This document shows positions 28,757 to 36,769 of a stretch of DNA of 64,000 nt, piece by piece. This stretch comes from Jiangellales bacterium. Its GTDB lineage: Bacteria; Actinomycetota; Actinomycetes; Jiangellales; Jiangellaceae. The stretch covers positions 114 through 64,113 of the forward strand of contig DATHUJ010000057.1 in the NCBI GenBank assembly GCA_035462375.1, read 5' to 3'. The notes beneath the pieces were generated by a model. The model made no database searches, was not told the DNA's origin, and was given only the letters and a program-made list of their open reading frames with translations. Made by a program: the position numbers and the translations under genes. Numbering within the stretch: the stretch's first letter is position 1; each line of letters opens with the position of its first letter.

Positions 28757-29913
28757 GCTCGGTAGACCGAGGCCTGCTCGAGCGGGTCCGGACCGTGCTC
28801 GCCGCAACGCCCGGCGAGGCGACCCCCGCCCGGGTGGCAGCGGCTCTCCGGGCCGAGGGTGCGGTGCTCGGCGACGCAGCCGTGCTCGAGGTCACCGCGA
28901 TCCTGCGCGCCGAGATCGTGGGGGCCGGTCCGCTCGAGCCGTTGCTCCGTGAGCAGGGTGTCACGGACGTGCTGGTCAACCGGCCCGACGAGGTGTGGGT
29001 CGATCGGGGCGCGGGGCTCGAGCGGTCCACCGTCCGCCTCCGCGACGAGGCCGCGGTCCGCCGCCTGGCCCAGCGGCTGGCGGCCGGTGCCGGACGACGG
29101 CTCGACGATGCGATGCCCTGGGTCGACGCGAGGCTCGCCGGAGGCGTTCGCCTGCATGCGGTGCTGCCGCCGCTGTCCCCGACGGGGACGCTCGTGTCCC
29201 TGCGGGTCCCGGCTCGCCGGGCCCTCACGCTCGACGACCTGGTCGCAGCCGGCAGCGTGGCACCGGCGCTGCAGGGGTGGATCCGCGGGATCGTCGCGGC
29301 CCGGCTCGCCTTCCTCGTCACCGGGGGTACTGGTACCGGCAAGACCACCGTGCTCGCCGCGCTGCTGTCCCTGGTCGACGTGCGGGAGCGGCTCGTGCTC
29401 GTCGAGGACTCGGGCGAGCTCCGGCCCGAGCACCCGCACGTGGTGAGGCTGGAGGCCCGACCCGCCAACGTCGAGGGGGTCGGCGAGGTGGCACTCGACG
29501 ACCTGGTCCGGCAGGCCCTGCGGATGCGGCCCGACCGACTGGTCGTCGGAGAGGTGCGGGGAGCCGAGGTCGTCGACCTGCTCGCCGCCCTCAACACCGG
29601 TCACGAGGGCGGGTGCGGCACGGTCCACGCCAACTCCCCTCACGCGGTGCCGGCCCGGCTCGAGGCGCTCGGTGTCGCGGCCGGGCTGGGCCGCGACGCC
29701 CTGCACAGCCAGGTTGCCGCCGCCCTCGACCTCGTCCTCCACCTCACCCGCGACCGGTCCGGTCGTCGGCGCGTTGCCGAGGTCGACCTGCTGCGTCCCG
29801 ACCCGGCGGGCCGCGTCGCCGCGGTGCCCGCGCTGCACTGCGATTCCGATGGCTCCGTACGAGGAGGGCCCGCCCTCGACGGGTTGCGCGAGCTGGTCGG
29901 TGGCCGGTGCTGA
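28753..29913 (+). CDS. tadA: TadA/CpaF-family secretion ATPase
   Basis: It has Walker [24 protein letters not shown] and [13 protein letters not shown]. Its GTG overlaps the previous stop (GTGA). Confidence 0.9.
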   Translation: MSSVDRGLLERVRTVLAATPGEATPARVAAALRAEGAVLGDAAVLEVTAILRAEIVGAGPLEPLLREQGVTDVLVNRPDEVWVDRGAGLERSTVRLRDEAAVRRLAQRLAAGAGRRLDDAMPWVDARLAGGVRLHAVLPPLSPTGTLVSLRVPARRALTLDDLVAAGSVAPALQGWIRGIVAARLAFLVTGGTGTGKTTVLAALLSLVDVRERLVLVEDSGELRPEHPHVVRLEARPANVEGVGEVALDDLVRQALRMRPDRLVVGEVRGAEVVDLLAALNTGHEGGCGTVHANSPHAVPARLEALGVAAGLGRDALHSQVAAALDLVLHLTRDRSGRRRVAEVDLLRPDPAGRVAAVPALHCDSDGSVRGGPALDGLRELVGGRC

Positions 29914-30653
29914 CCCTGCTGGCGACGGCCTGCGCCGCCGCCGCAGTGGCCATCGCGGTGCCGCCACCTGCCGGCCCTCTCGTACGGCGTCGGCTGGGCA
30001 CCCGTGACCAGCGACGCTGGTGGGCGGCCCGAGACATGTCGGCGCTGAAGGCAATGGTTTCGGCGGCCGGCATCGCCGCGGACCGGGCTCGCCCGCGCAC
30101 GGCGGAGCGGCTCGGGTCGGTGGAGGTGACCGAGGCGTGCCTCGCGCTGGTGGGCGAGCTCCGTACCGGGCAAGCACCTTCCGAGGCCCTGACCTCTGCG
30201 GCCCGCGCCTTCCCGACCCTGCTCGGGCCGGCGGCGGCCCGGTCCCGACTCGGGGGCGACGTCCCTGGAGCGCTCCGTGCTGCCGCCGACCGGCCCGGAG
30301 CAGGGGCGCTGGTTGCCGTGGCTGCCGGCTGGTCGGTGTGCGACCGGACCGGCGCCGGGCTCGCGGACGTCCTGGCCAGCGTGGCCGACTCACTGCGTGC
30401 GGACGAGGCCGTCCGGCGCGAGGCAGCAGGTCAGCTCTCCTCCGTGCGGGCCACCACCCGGTTGCTGGCGGTGCTCCCGGTGGTGACCCTCCTGGCCGTG
30501 TCCGGGGGAGGAGGACGACCACTGGCCTTTCTCCTCGGGCACCCGGTCGGAGTCGCCTGCCTCACCGCCGGCGGGTCGCTCACGGTGGTCGGACTCGTCT
30601 GGGTCGAGCGCATGGTGCGGTCGGTCACGAGGTCGCCGTGGTCGACGGCGTGA
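29907..30653 (+). CDS. tadB: type II secretion system F-family membrane protein (TadB-like)
   Basis: It has hydrophobic N- and C-terminal helices and a cytoplasmic domain with GAP..EAL and ADSLRADEAVRREA. Its GTG overlaps the tadA stop (GTGCTGA). Confidence 0.7.
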   Translation: MLTLLATACAAAAVAIAVPPPAGPLVRRRLGTRDQRRWWAARDMSALKAMVSAAGIAADRARPRTAERLGSVEVTEACLALVGELRTGQAPSEALTSAARAFPTLLGPAAARSRLGGDVPGALRAAADRPGAGALVAVAAGWSVCDRTGAGLADVLASVADSLRADEAVRREAAGQLSSVRATTRLLAVLPVVTLLAVSGGGGRPLAFLLGHPVGVACLTAGGSLTVVGLVWVERMVRSVTRSPWSTA

Positions 30654-31444
30654 CGGTGGCCTGCGCGCTGGCTGCGGGAGCCGCGGTCGCGGTGGTGGCC
30701 GGTCCGGCCCCCGCGCGGGCTCGGCTGGCCGCGGTGCGGCCCGCGGGTGGCCGAGCAGCGTACCCGGGCAGGGTGACGGCACCAACGCGACGCGCGACCG
30801 GGTCCGGTCGGGTCATCCACGTGCGCAGCGGGCCCGGTGCCGTGCTGTCGTCGAGCGGGGCCAGGCTCGTGGCGGGGGCCCTCGGCGGCCTGGGGTCTGC
30901 CGTCGTGCTCGGTGGCACCCCCGGCCTGGTCGCCGGATGCCTGGTCGCGGGCCTGCTGGTGCGGTGGCTCGGCCGGCTCGAGCCGGGCTCCGCCGCGCGC
31001 GAGACAGCGGAGGTCGAGGCGGCCCTGCCCCTGGTGGCCGACCTGCTGTCCGCCGTCGTGGCTGCCGGCACCCCACCGGACCGTGCGGCTCACCTGGTCG
31101 GATCGGCTGTCGGCGGCCCGCTGGGTGCACTGCTGGTCGCAGGTGCTGACCGGACGAGCCTGGGCGGAGACCCCGCCACGGCGTGGCGGGGGCTTACTGC
31201 CCGACCGGTCACCACGCGGCTCGCACGCGCGCTCGTGGCCGCGGGGGAGCGGGGGGCCGCTCCGGCCGAGGCGCTGGCGCGGGTTGCGGCCGACGCGCGC
31301 AACTCGGCTCGCTGGGCCGCAGAGACCCGGGTCCGGGCCCTGGGTGCGCGGGCGGCGGCGCCGCTCGGGCTGTGCTTCCTCCCCGCCTTCCTGCTCGTCG
31401 GAGTGGTCCCCGTCGTGGCCGGAGCCGGGTCGGTGCTGCCATGA
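30650..31444 (+). CDS. tadC: type II secretion system F-family membrane protein (TadC-like)
   Basis: It is 264 aa with a C-terminal ARWAAETRVRALGARAAAPLGLCFLPAFLLVGVVP, typical of T2SSF. Its GTG overlaps the previous stop (GTGA). Confidence 0.7.
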   Translation: MTVACALAAGAAVAVVAGPAPARARLAAVRPAGGRAAYPGRVTAPTRRATGSGRVIHVRSGPGAVLSSSGARLVAGALGGLGSAVVLGGTPGLVAGCLVAGLLVRWLGRLEPGSAARETAEVEAALPLVADLLSAVVAAGTPPDRAAHLVGSAVGGPLGALLVAGADRTSLGGDPATAWRGLTARPVTTRLARALVAAGERGAAPAEALARVAADARNSARWAAETRVRALGARAAAPLGLCFLPAFLLVGVVPVVAGAGSVLP

Positions 31445-31599
31445 CCGGCGGAACCCGTCCACACCTGCGCTGAGGCACCGGCTCGTCCCCAGCGATCGGA
31501 CAGGGGCTGGGCGGCGGCCGGGCGGGACCCGAGGCTGGTCACGCCCGGACAGCCCCGGGCGCCGCACCGGCCGGTCGCCGGTCCGCACCAGGAGGTTGC

Positions 31600-31836
31600 A
31601 TGTCCGCCACTCCCTCCGTCCTCGTCCCACGGGTCGGGCGCCGGTTCCGCCTCAACCCAGCCCGACTCGCGAACCTCCTGCGGGGGGAGGACCGGGGCAT
31701 GACCACGGCCGAGTACGCCGTGGGCACGGTCGCCGCCTGTGGCTTCGCGGGAGTCCTCTACAAGCTGCTGACCAGTGACGTGGTGGTCTCGCTCCTGACC
31801 GAGATCCTCCGGCGCGCCTTCGGGCTGCTCGGGTGA
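31600..31836 (+). CDS. Flp-like prepilin, DUF4244 family
   Basis: CAGGAGG lies 5 nt before ATG 31600. The predicted processing motif is ...GEDRG|MTTAEYAVGTVAACGFAGVL, a G-X4-EY Flp-type site. An internal ATG at 31699 also has a Shine-Dalgarno sequence but would remove the leader. Confidence 0.75.
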   Translation: MSATPSVLVPRVGRRFRLNPARLANLLRGEDRGMTTAEYAVGTVAACGFAGVLYKLLTSDVVVSLLTEILRRAFGLLG

Positions 31837-32003
31837 GGGCGGTCATGTCCTGCCGGCGGGGGGCCGTCCCCCGCCGGCGCCCCCGGGCCGGGCCCGCACC
31901 GGGGGATGGGTGGCCGCGGCCGGGCCGCTGGTCCGGTCGTCCGGGCCGGTCGGGACGTCGGGTGTGCCGGTGGCGGCGCGCGAGGCCTTGTCGGGAGGCG
32001 GGC

Positions 32004-32351
32004 ATGGTGACCGCCGAGACCGCGGCTGCGTTGCCGGTCCTCGTCGTGGTGCTGGTGGCGGCGGTCTGGGCGGTGGGGGCCGCGGCGGCCCAGCTCCGCT
32101 GCACGGACGCGGCGCGCGAAGCGGCCCGGGCATTGGCCAGAGGCGACGGCATCGGCACCAGCCGGGCGCTGGCCGTGGCGGTGGCGCCCGCGGGAGCGGC
32201 GGTCGGGGTCTCCGTCGAGGGCGATCTGGTCCGGGTGCGGGTGAGTGCCCTGACGCCACTGCCGGCCCCGTTGGGCGGTCTGGTGCCCGCTCCGACGGTC
32301 AGCGGCTCCGCAGTGGCGATGCGCGAACGGCCGCTCGGCGGTGACCCGTGA
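32004..32351 (+). CDS. TadE-like minor pilin (helicase/secretion-neighbourhood type)
   Basis: It reads MVTAETAAALPVLVVVLVAAVWAVGAAAAQLRCTDAAREAARALARGD. GGGAGG lies 5 nt before ATG 32004. An alternative GTG 31833 (GTGA-coupled) or GTG about 31962 would add an Arg-rich leader ending ...EAG|MVTAE. Confidence 0.7.
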   Translation: MVTAETAAALPVLVVVLVAAVWAVGAAAAQLRCTDAAREAARALARGDGIGTSRALAVAVAPAGAAVGVSVEGDLVRVRVSALTPLPAPLGGLVPAPTVSGSAVAMRERPLGGDP

Positions 32352-32986
32352 GCCCCCGACGCCCCGCGAGGTCCCCGCGACCGTGGGGGCGTGGTCGGGC
32401 CGGCGCACGCGCGCGCGACCAAGGGTCGGGAACGCTCCTGGTGCTGGCCGTGGCGGCGGTCGTGCTGCTCGCCGCAGCGGCGGGAGGTGCGCTCGCCCAG
32501 GGTGTCGCCTCCCGGCACCGCGCGGCGACGGCCGCCGACCTTGCTGCCCTGGCAGCGGCGGAGCGTCTGCTGTCCGGAACCGGTGATGCCTGTGCGGCTG
32601 CGCACGCCGTGGCCACTGGCAACGGAGGCGTGCTGGTGCGCTGCGCGGTCAACGGGCGGGAGGTCGAGGTGGCCGTCCGGGTGACAACCGGACCGGCGGG
32701 ACGGCTGGTCCGGCTGGCCGACCCGGTGCGCCTGGCCCGGGCCGGGCCCGGCCCGGGCCCGAGCTACGAGCGGGTGGCCTGGTCGGGTCCGGGCGTCGTC
32801 GGGTCGCCGTCGCTGCGGAGCTCGGCGTCGCCGCGGCGGCCGGCGGCGCTGTCACCGGGGGCCGGGCGGGTGGTGCCGGTGGCTTCCCGCTCGTCGAGCT
32901 CACGCCGGAGCTCGGCGCGCTCGCCCTCGAGCTGCTGGCGCTCCCGGAGCTCGCGCTCGAGGCGCTCCTTCTCCACCGCCAGCTGA
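32348..32986 (+). CDS. Rv3654c-type TadE-like protein with long Ser/Arg-rich C-terminal extension
   Basis: GTG 32348 overlaps the previous stop. The core reads GSGTLLVLAVAAVVLL...HRAATAADLAALAAA...NGGVLVRC...ARAGP. The first in-frame stop is only at 32984-32986, inside the convergent gene. Confidence 0.6.
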   Translation: MSPRRPARSPRPWGRGRAGARARDQGSGTLLVLAVAAVVLLAAAAGGALAQGVASRHRAATAADLAALAAAERLLSGTGDACAAAHAVATGNGGVLVRCAVNGREVEVAVRVTTGPAGRLVRLADPVRLARAGPGPGPSYERVAWSGPGVVGSPSLRSSASPRRPAALSPGAGRVVPVASRSSSSRRSSARSPSSCWRSRSSRSRRSFSTAS

Positions 32987-33264
32987 TCGCGCTCCTCGGA
33001 GACCGACTGGCTGGAGGCGGCGCGCTCGCGCAGCACCTTCTGCTCACGCCGCCGGTCCCGGGCCCGGCGGGTGGCGGTGAGGAGCAGGACGGTGGCGATC
33101 AGGAAGACCAGGCCGGTGATCAGGCCGGTCAGGAACACGCCGGTGACCGTGGTCTCGACCTCCGCGACGAAGACGTCGAGGGTGGCAGCGTCGCCGCTGC
33201 TGATGATGATCCCGATGGCGAACAAGGTGGCCAGGGCGATGATGACGATCGCGAGCACGACCAC
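32764..33264 (-). CDS. membrane protein with two TM helices and a charged coiled-coil tail (LapA-like architecture)
   Basis: GAGGAG lies 6 nt before GTG 33264. It reads VVLAIVIIALATLFAIGIII...VFLTGLITGLVFLIATVLLL, then RRREQKVLRERAASSQSVSEERDQLAVEKERLERELRERQQLEGERAELRRELDERE. Confidence 0.7.
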   Translation of the reverse strand: MVVLAIVIIALATLFAIGIIISSGDAATLDVFVAEVETTVTGVFLTGLITGLVFLIATVLLLTATRRARDRRREQKVLRERAASSQSVSEERDQLAVEKERLERELRERQQLEGERAELRRELDEREATGTTRPAPGDSAAGRRGDAELRSDGDPTTPGPDQATRS

Positions 33265-33283
33265 AGCAGTCTCCTCTGCAGTG

Positions 33284-35623
33284 TCAGTGACCGGCCCGGA
33301 CTCCGGGAGCCCCGGCGAGGAGCTCGTCGAGGAGTCGCACGGCGCCGGACTTGTCCAGTGGATTGTTCCCGTTCCCACATTTCGGGCTCTGTACGCATGA
33401 GGGGCAGCCCTCGGCGCACGTGCAGGAGGCGATGGCGTCTCGGGCCGCGCGCAGCCATGACCCGGCCGCCTCGTAGCCCCGCTCCGCGAAGCCGGCACCA
33501 CCGGGATGGCCGTCGTGCACGAAGACGGTGAGCCGGCCCGTGTCGGGGTGCAGTGCGGTCGACACCCCACCGACGTCCCACCGGTCGCAGGTGGCGACCA
33601 GCGGCAACAGGCCGATCGCCGCGTGCTCGGCAGCGTGGGCCGCCCCGGGCACGTCGGCACCGTGGACCCCAGCGTCGGCCACCCGGTCGTCCGGCAGGGT
33701 CCACCACACCGCCTTGGTGCGCAGGTGCCGCTCCGGCAGGTCCAGCGGCTCCTCGCCCAGCACCTCGCCGCTCCCGGCCCGCCGGCGCAGGAACGACACC
33801 ACCCGGCTGGTCACCTCGACCGCGCCGAAGGACAGCCGGGCCGACCCCCAGTCCTGCCCCCTTTCCTCCTCGAGGACGCGGATCTCGGTCACCTCCCGGG
33901 CCGTCGTCGTGTGATCGGTGACTACGGCGTCCACCAGCGCGACCGCCTCGTCCAGGTCGAGGTCGCGCACCAGGAAGGTCTCTCCCTGGTGCACGTAGAC
34001 GGCGCCGCGGTGCGCTGTCGAGTGGGCGCGCCCTGAGTCCACCGTCCCCAGCAGCCGCCCCGTCCCCGCCTCGACCAGCCGCACGGGAGGGCCTCCGGTC
34101 CCGCGCAGGTCGGCCAGGTCACATGCCCGCTCACGCCGGGTCCAGAACCACCCGCCGGCCCGGCGTCGCAGCATCCGCGACCGCTCCAGCCCCGCGACGG
34201 CAGTACGGGCGTTGGGGCCGAACAGCGCCAGGTCGGACTCGTCCAGGGGTGCCTCCGCAGCGGCGGCGCAGAGGTGCGGCGCCAGCACGTAGGGGTTGTC
34301 CGGGTCGAGCACCGTCGCCTCCACGGCCCGGCCGAACACCGCCTGGGGGTGGTGCACGAGGTAGGTGTCCAGCGGGTCGTCCCGGGCCACCAGGACCGCC
34401 AGCGCCCCTTGCCGCGCCCGGCCGGCCCGCCCCGCTTGCTGCCACAGGGACGCCCGGGTACCGGGCCAGCCGGAGAGGAGCACGGCGTCGAGACCGGCGA
34501 CGTCGACCCCCAGCTCCAGGGCGTTGGTTGCCGCCACTCCCACCAGCTCGCCGGACTGGAGGGCGGCCTCCAGCCGCCGGCGCTCGTGGGACAGGTAGCC
34601 CGAGCGGTACGCAGCGACGCGGTCGGCGAGCTCGGGCGCCACCGGGACCAGCTGGCCGCGCACCTGGAGGGCGACCGACTCCGCCGCGCGCCGCGACCGG
34701 ACGAAGGCCACCGTCCGGACGCCCTGGACCACCAGGTCGGAGAGGAGGTCGGCCGTCTCGGCCGTCGCACTCCGCCGTACGGGAGCACCGTTCTCCCCGT
34801 GGAGCATGTCGGACAGCGGCGGTTCCCACAGCGCGAAGGCGGTCGGGCCGCGCGGCGACGCGTCGTCCTCGACGGCCACCACGTCGAGGCCGGTCAGCCG
34901 TCGGGCGGTGGCGGCCGGCTCGGAGGCGGTCGCCGAGGCGAGGATGAAGACCGGTGACGAGCCGTAGCGGGCGCAGAGCCGGCGCAGCCGGCGCAGCACC
35001 TGCGCCACGTGCGAGCCGAAGACCCCCCGGTAGCCATGGCACTCGTCGACGACGACGTACCGCACCGACTGGAGGAACGCCGCCCAGCGGTGGTGCCTCG
35101 GCAGCAGCGATCGGTGCAGCATGTCCGGGTTGGTGAGCAGGTACGAGGCGTGGTCGCGCGCCACGTCGCGCAGCTCGGCGGGCGTGTCCCCGTCGTACGT
35201 GGTGGCGAGCACGTCGGGTACGCAGAGCCGGTCCAGGGCGCGCAGCTGGTCGGCGGCCAGCGCCTTGGTCGGTGAGAGGTAGAGGACCGTCGCGCCGCGC
35301 CGCCCGCGCGCCACGCCGGCACGGACCGCCGTGAGCGCCGGCATCAGGTACGCGAGGGACTTGCCCGACGCGGTACCGGTGGCGACCACGACGGACCGTC
35401 CCGCCCAGGCGTGCTCGGCGGCCCGCACCTGGTGCCGCCAGGGCCGCTCGACCCCCGCCGCGACCAGGCGGTCCCGGACGACCGGGTCGAGCCAGGCCGG
35501 CCACGGGGCGGCGCCCTCCGTCCGCGCGGGGACGTCCTCGACGTGGGTCACCCGGTCGCTGCGCGCGTGGCCGGCGAGGTGGTCCAGCAACGCGCGCGGG
35601 TCGGCGGTCCTGGCGTCGGGCAC
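33284..35623 (-). CDS. DEAD/DEAH-box helicase, DECH subtype, with C-terminal DUF1998/MrfA-like Cys cluster
   Basis: It has Walker [24 protein letters not shown] and QQAGRAGR. The C-terminus reads [28 protein letters not shown]. It is 779 aa. Confidence 0.9.
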   Translation of the reverse strand: MPDARTADPRALLDHLAGHARSDRVTHVEDVPARTEGAAPWPAWLDPVVRDRLVAAGVERPWRHQVRAAEHAWAGRSVVVATGTASGKSLAYLMPALTAVRAGVARGRRGATVLYLSPTKALAADQLRALDRLCVPDVLATTYDGDTPAELRDVARDHASYLLTNPDMLHRSLLPRHHRWAAFLQSVRYVVVDECHGYRGVFGSHVAQVLRRLRRLCARYGSSPVFILASATASEPAATARRLTGLDVVAVEDDASPRGPTAFALWEPPLSDMLHGENGAPVRRSATAETADLLSDLVVQGVRTVAFVRSRRAAESVALQVRGQLVPVAPELADRVAAYRSGYLSHERRRLEAALQSGELVGVAATNALELGVDVAGLDAVLLSGWPGTRASLWQQAGRAGRARQGALAVLVARDDPLDTYLVHHPQAVFGRAVEATVLDPDNPYVLAPHLCAAAAEAPLDESDLALFGPNARTAVAGLERSRMLRRRAGGWFWTRRERACDLADLRGTGGPPVRLVEAGTGRLLGTVDSGRAHSTAHRGAVYVHQGETFLVRDLDLDEAVALVDAVVTDHTTTAREVTEIRVLEEERGQDWGSARLSFGAVEVTSRVVSFLRRRAGSGEVLGEEPLDLPERHLRTKAVWWTLPDDRVADAGVHGADVPGAAHAAEHAAIGLLPLVATCDRWDVGGVSTALHPDTGRLTVFVHDGHPGGAGFAERGYEAAGSWLRAARDAIASCTCAEGCPSCVQSPKCGNGNNPLDKSGAVRLLDELLAGAPGVRAGH

Positions 35624-35751
35624 CCCAGCAGTCTCGCACCGGGGGCCGGGGCGCGGTGCCGGGCCGCGCCGAGCAGGTGGTTGAATGCCGGGGTCCGTGC
35701 CGGGACCGCCCTGGAGGGGGTACGGCAGACCGAGCGGCCGTGGGAGGCTCC

Positions 35752-36093
35752 GTGGACCTGTCGTTGTCGACCCGACCCGAGGGCGAGCGCACCGTCGTCG
35801 ACGTGGCCGGTGAGATCGACGTCTACACCGCCCCGCAGCTGCGCGAGCAGCTCGTCGAGCTCGTCGACTCGGGACGGTACGACCTGGTGATCGACATGGA
35901 GCGGGTCGAGTTCCTCGACTCGACCGGTCTCGGCGTGCTGGTGGGGGGCCTCAAGCGGGTCCGCGCGCACGACGGTTCGCTGCGCCTGGTCTGCACCCAG
36001 GAGCGGATCCTCAAGATCTTCCGGATCACCGGACTGACCAAGGTCTTTCCCATCCACGACTCGGTGACCGAGGCCGTCGCGGCGACGGACTGA
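35752..36093 (+). CDS. bldG: STAS-domain anti-sigma-factor antagonist, BldG-like
   Basis: It is 113 aa and reads [38 protein letters not shown]...[49 protein letters not shown]. It is near-collinear with Streptomyces BldG as I remember it. GGGAGG precedes the GTG. Confidence 0.85.
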   Translation: MDLSLSTRPEGERTVVDVAGEIDVYTAPQLREQLVELVDSGRYDLVIDMERVEFLDSTGLGVLVGGLKRVRAHDGSLRLVCTQERILKIFRITGLTKVFPIHDSVTEAVAATD

Positions 36094-36109
36094 CCGGCGG
36101 GGAGGGCTC

Positions 36110-36541
36110 GTGGCCGAGGTCGAGCTGCGCATCGACCCGCTGACCTCGCACGTCCGGACCGCCCGACAGGTGGCGGTGGCCCTGGCCCGGCGGGCGGGAG
36201 TGGCGCCGGACGTGCTCGACGAGGTCCGGCTCGCCGTGGGGGAGGCCTGCGGCCTGGCCGTGGCACTGCAGCGGCGGGACGAGGACGCCGAGCAGGTGGT
36301 CCTCCGGTTCGAGGACGGTGACGGGCTGGCCGTGGAGCTCCGCGGCTCGACCGTACTGGCCGAGGCCGAGGGGGACGCTGCGGTCCAGGTGCTCTCCGAC
36401 GCCGTGGTCGCCGACGAGGACGACGACGAGGCGCTGCCCGCGGGCGCGGTCCTAGCGGTCCTCTCCGAGCTGGTTCCCGGTCTCCAGGTGGTCACCGGGC
36501 CGGCCGGTCCCCGCCTCGGGCTGCGCTGGCCGCCGGGCTGA
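36110..36541 (+). CDS. anti-sigma factor / RsbW-like HATPase_c_2 protein (ApgA-like)
   Basis: It lies immediately downstream of the STAS gene and GGGAGG precedes GTG 36110. It reads VRTARQVAVALARRAG...DEVRLAVGEACGLAV...EDGDGLAVEL. Confidence 0.65.
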   Translation: MAEVELRIDPLTSHVRTARQVAVALARRAGVAPDVLDEVRLAVGEACGLAVALQRRDEDAEQVVLRFEDGDGLAVELRGSTVLAEAEGDAAVQVLSDAVVADEDDDEALPAGAVLAVLSELVPGLQVVTGPAGPRLGLRWPPG

Positions 36542-36769
36542 CCGCCGCGCCCACGCCCCTCTCGTACGGGGGGCGGTGCAGGGAGCGCGCCCACGCCTGC
36601 GTAGACTCCCGCCCCACACGGGGCCGCCGGTGTCCACCCTGCTGGAGCGTGGGGCCCTTCGTACCGCACCGACACCGCACTGTCGCCACGGCCGTCGACC
36701 CAGGAGCGCTCCCCGGGTGCGCGGCCGCTGTCGTGGTCGGCCCGCCGAGGGCCACGTCAAGGAGGACGA

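Noticed and set aside
32742-32760. GGGCCCGGCCCGGGCCCG run as a slippage site that would truncate the TadE-like protein
   Set aside because: I translated the other two frames from this point and neither meets a stop before about 32986, so slippage would not shorten the product. I kept only the overlap observation.
36541-36769. Riboswitch or structured leader upstream of hppA
   Set aside because: It contains several short GC hairpins, such as GCCCC-ACAC-GGGGC and a terminator-like CGCCCC...GGGGCG after the anti-sigma gene. There is no resemblance to any riboswitch consensus I know, and short GC stems are expected by chance at this GC content.
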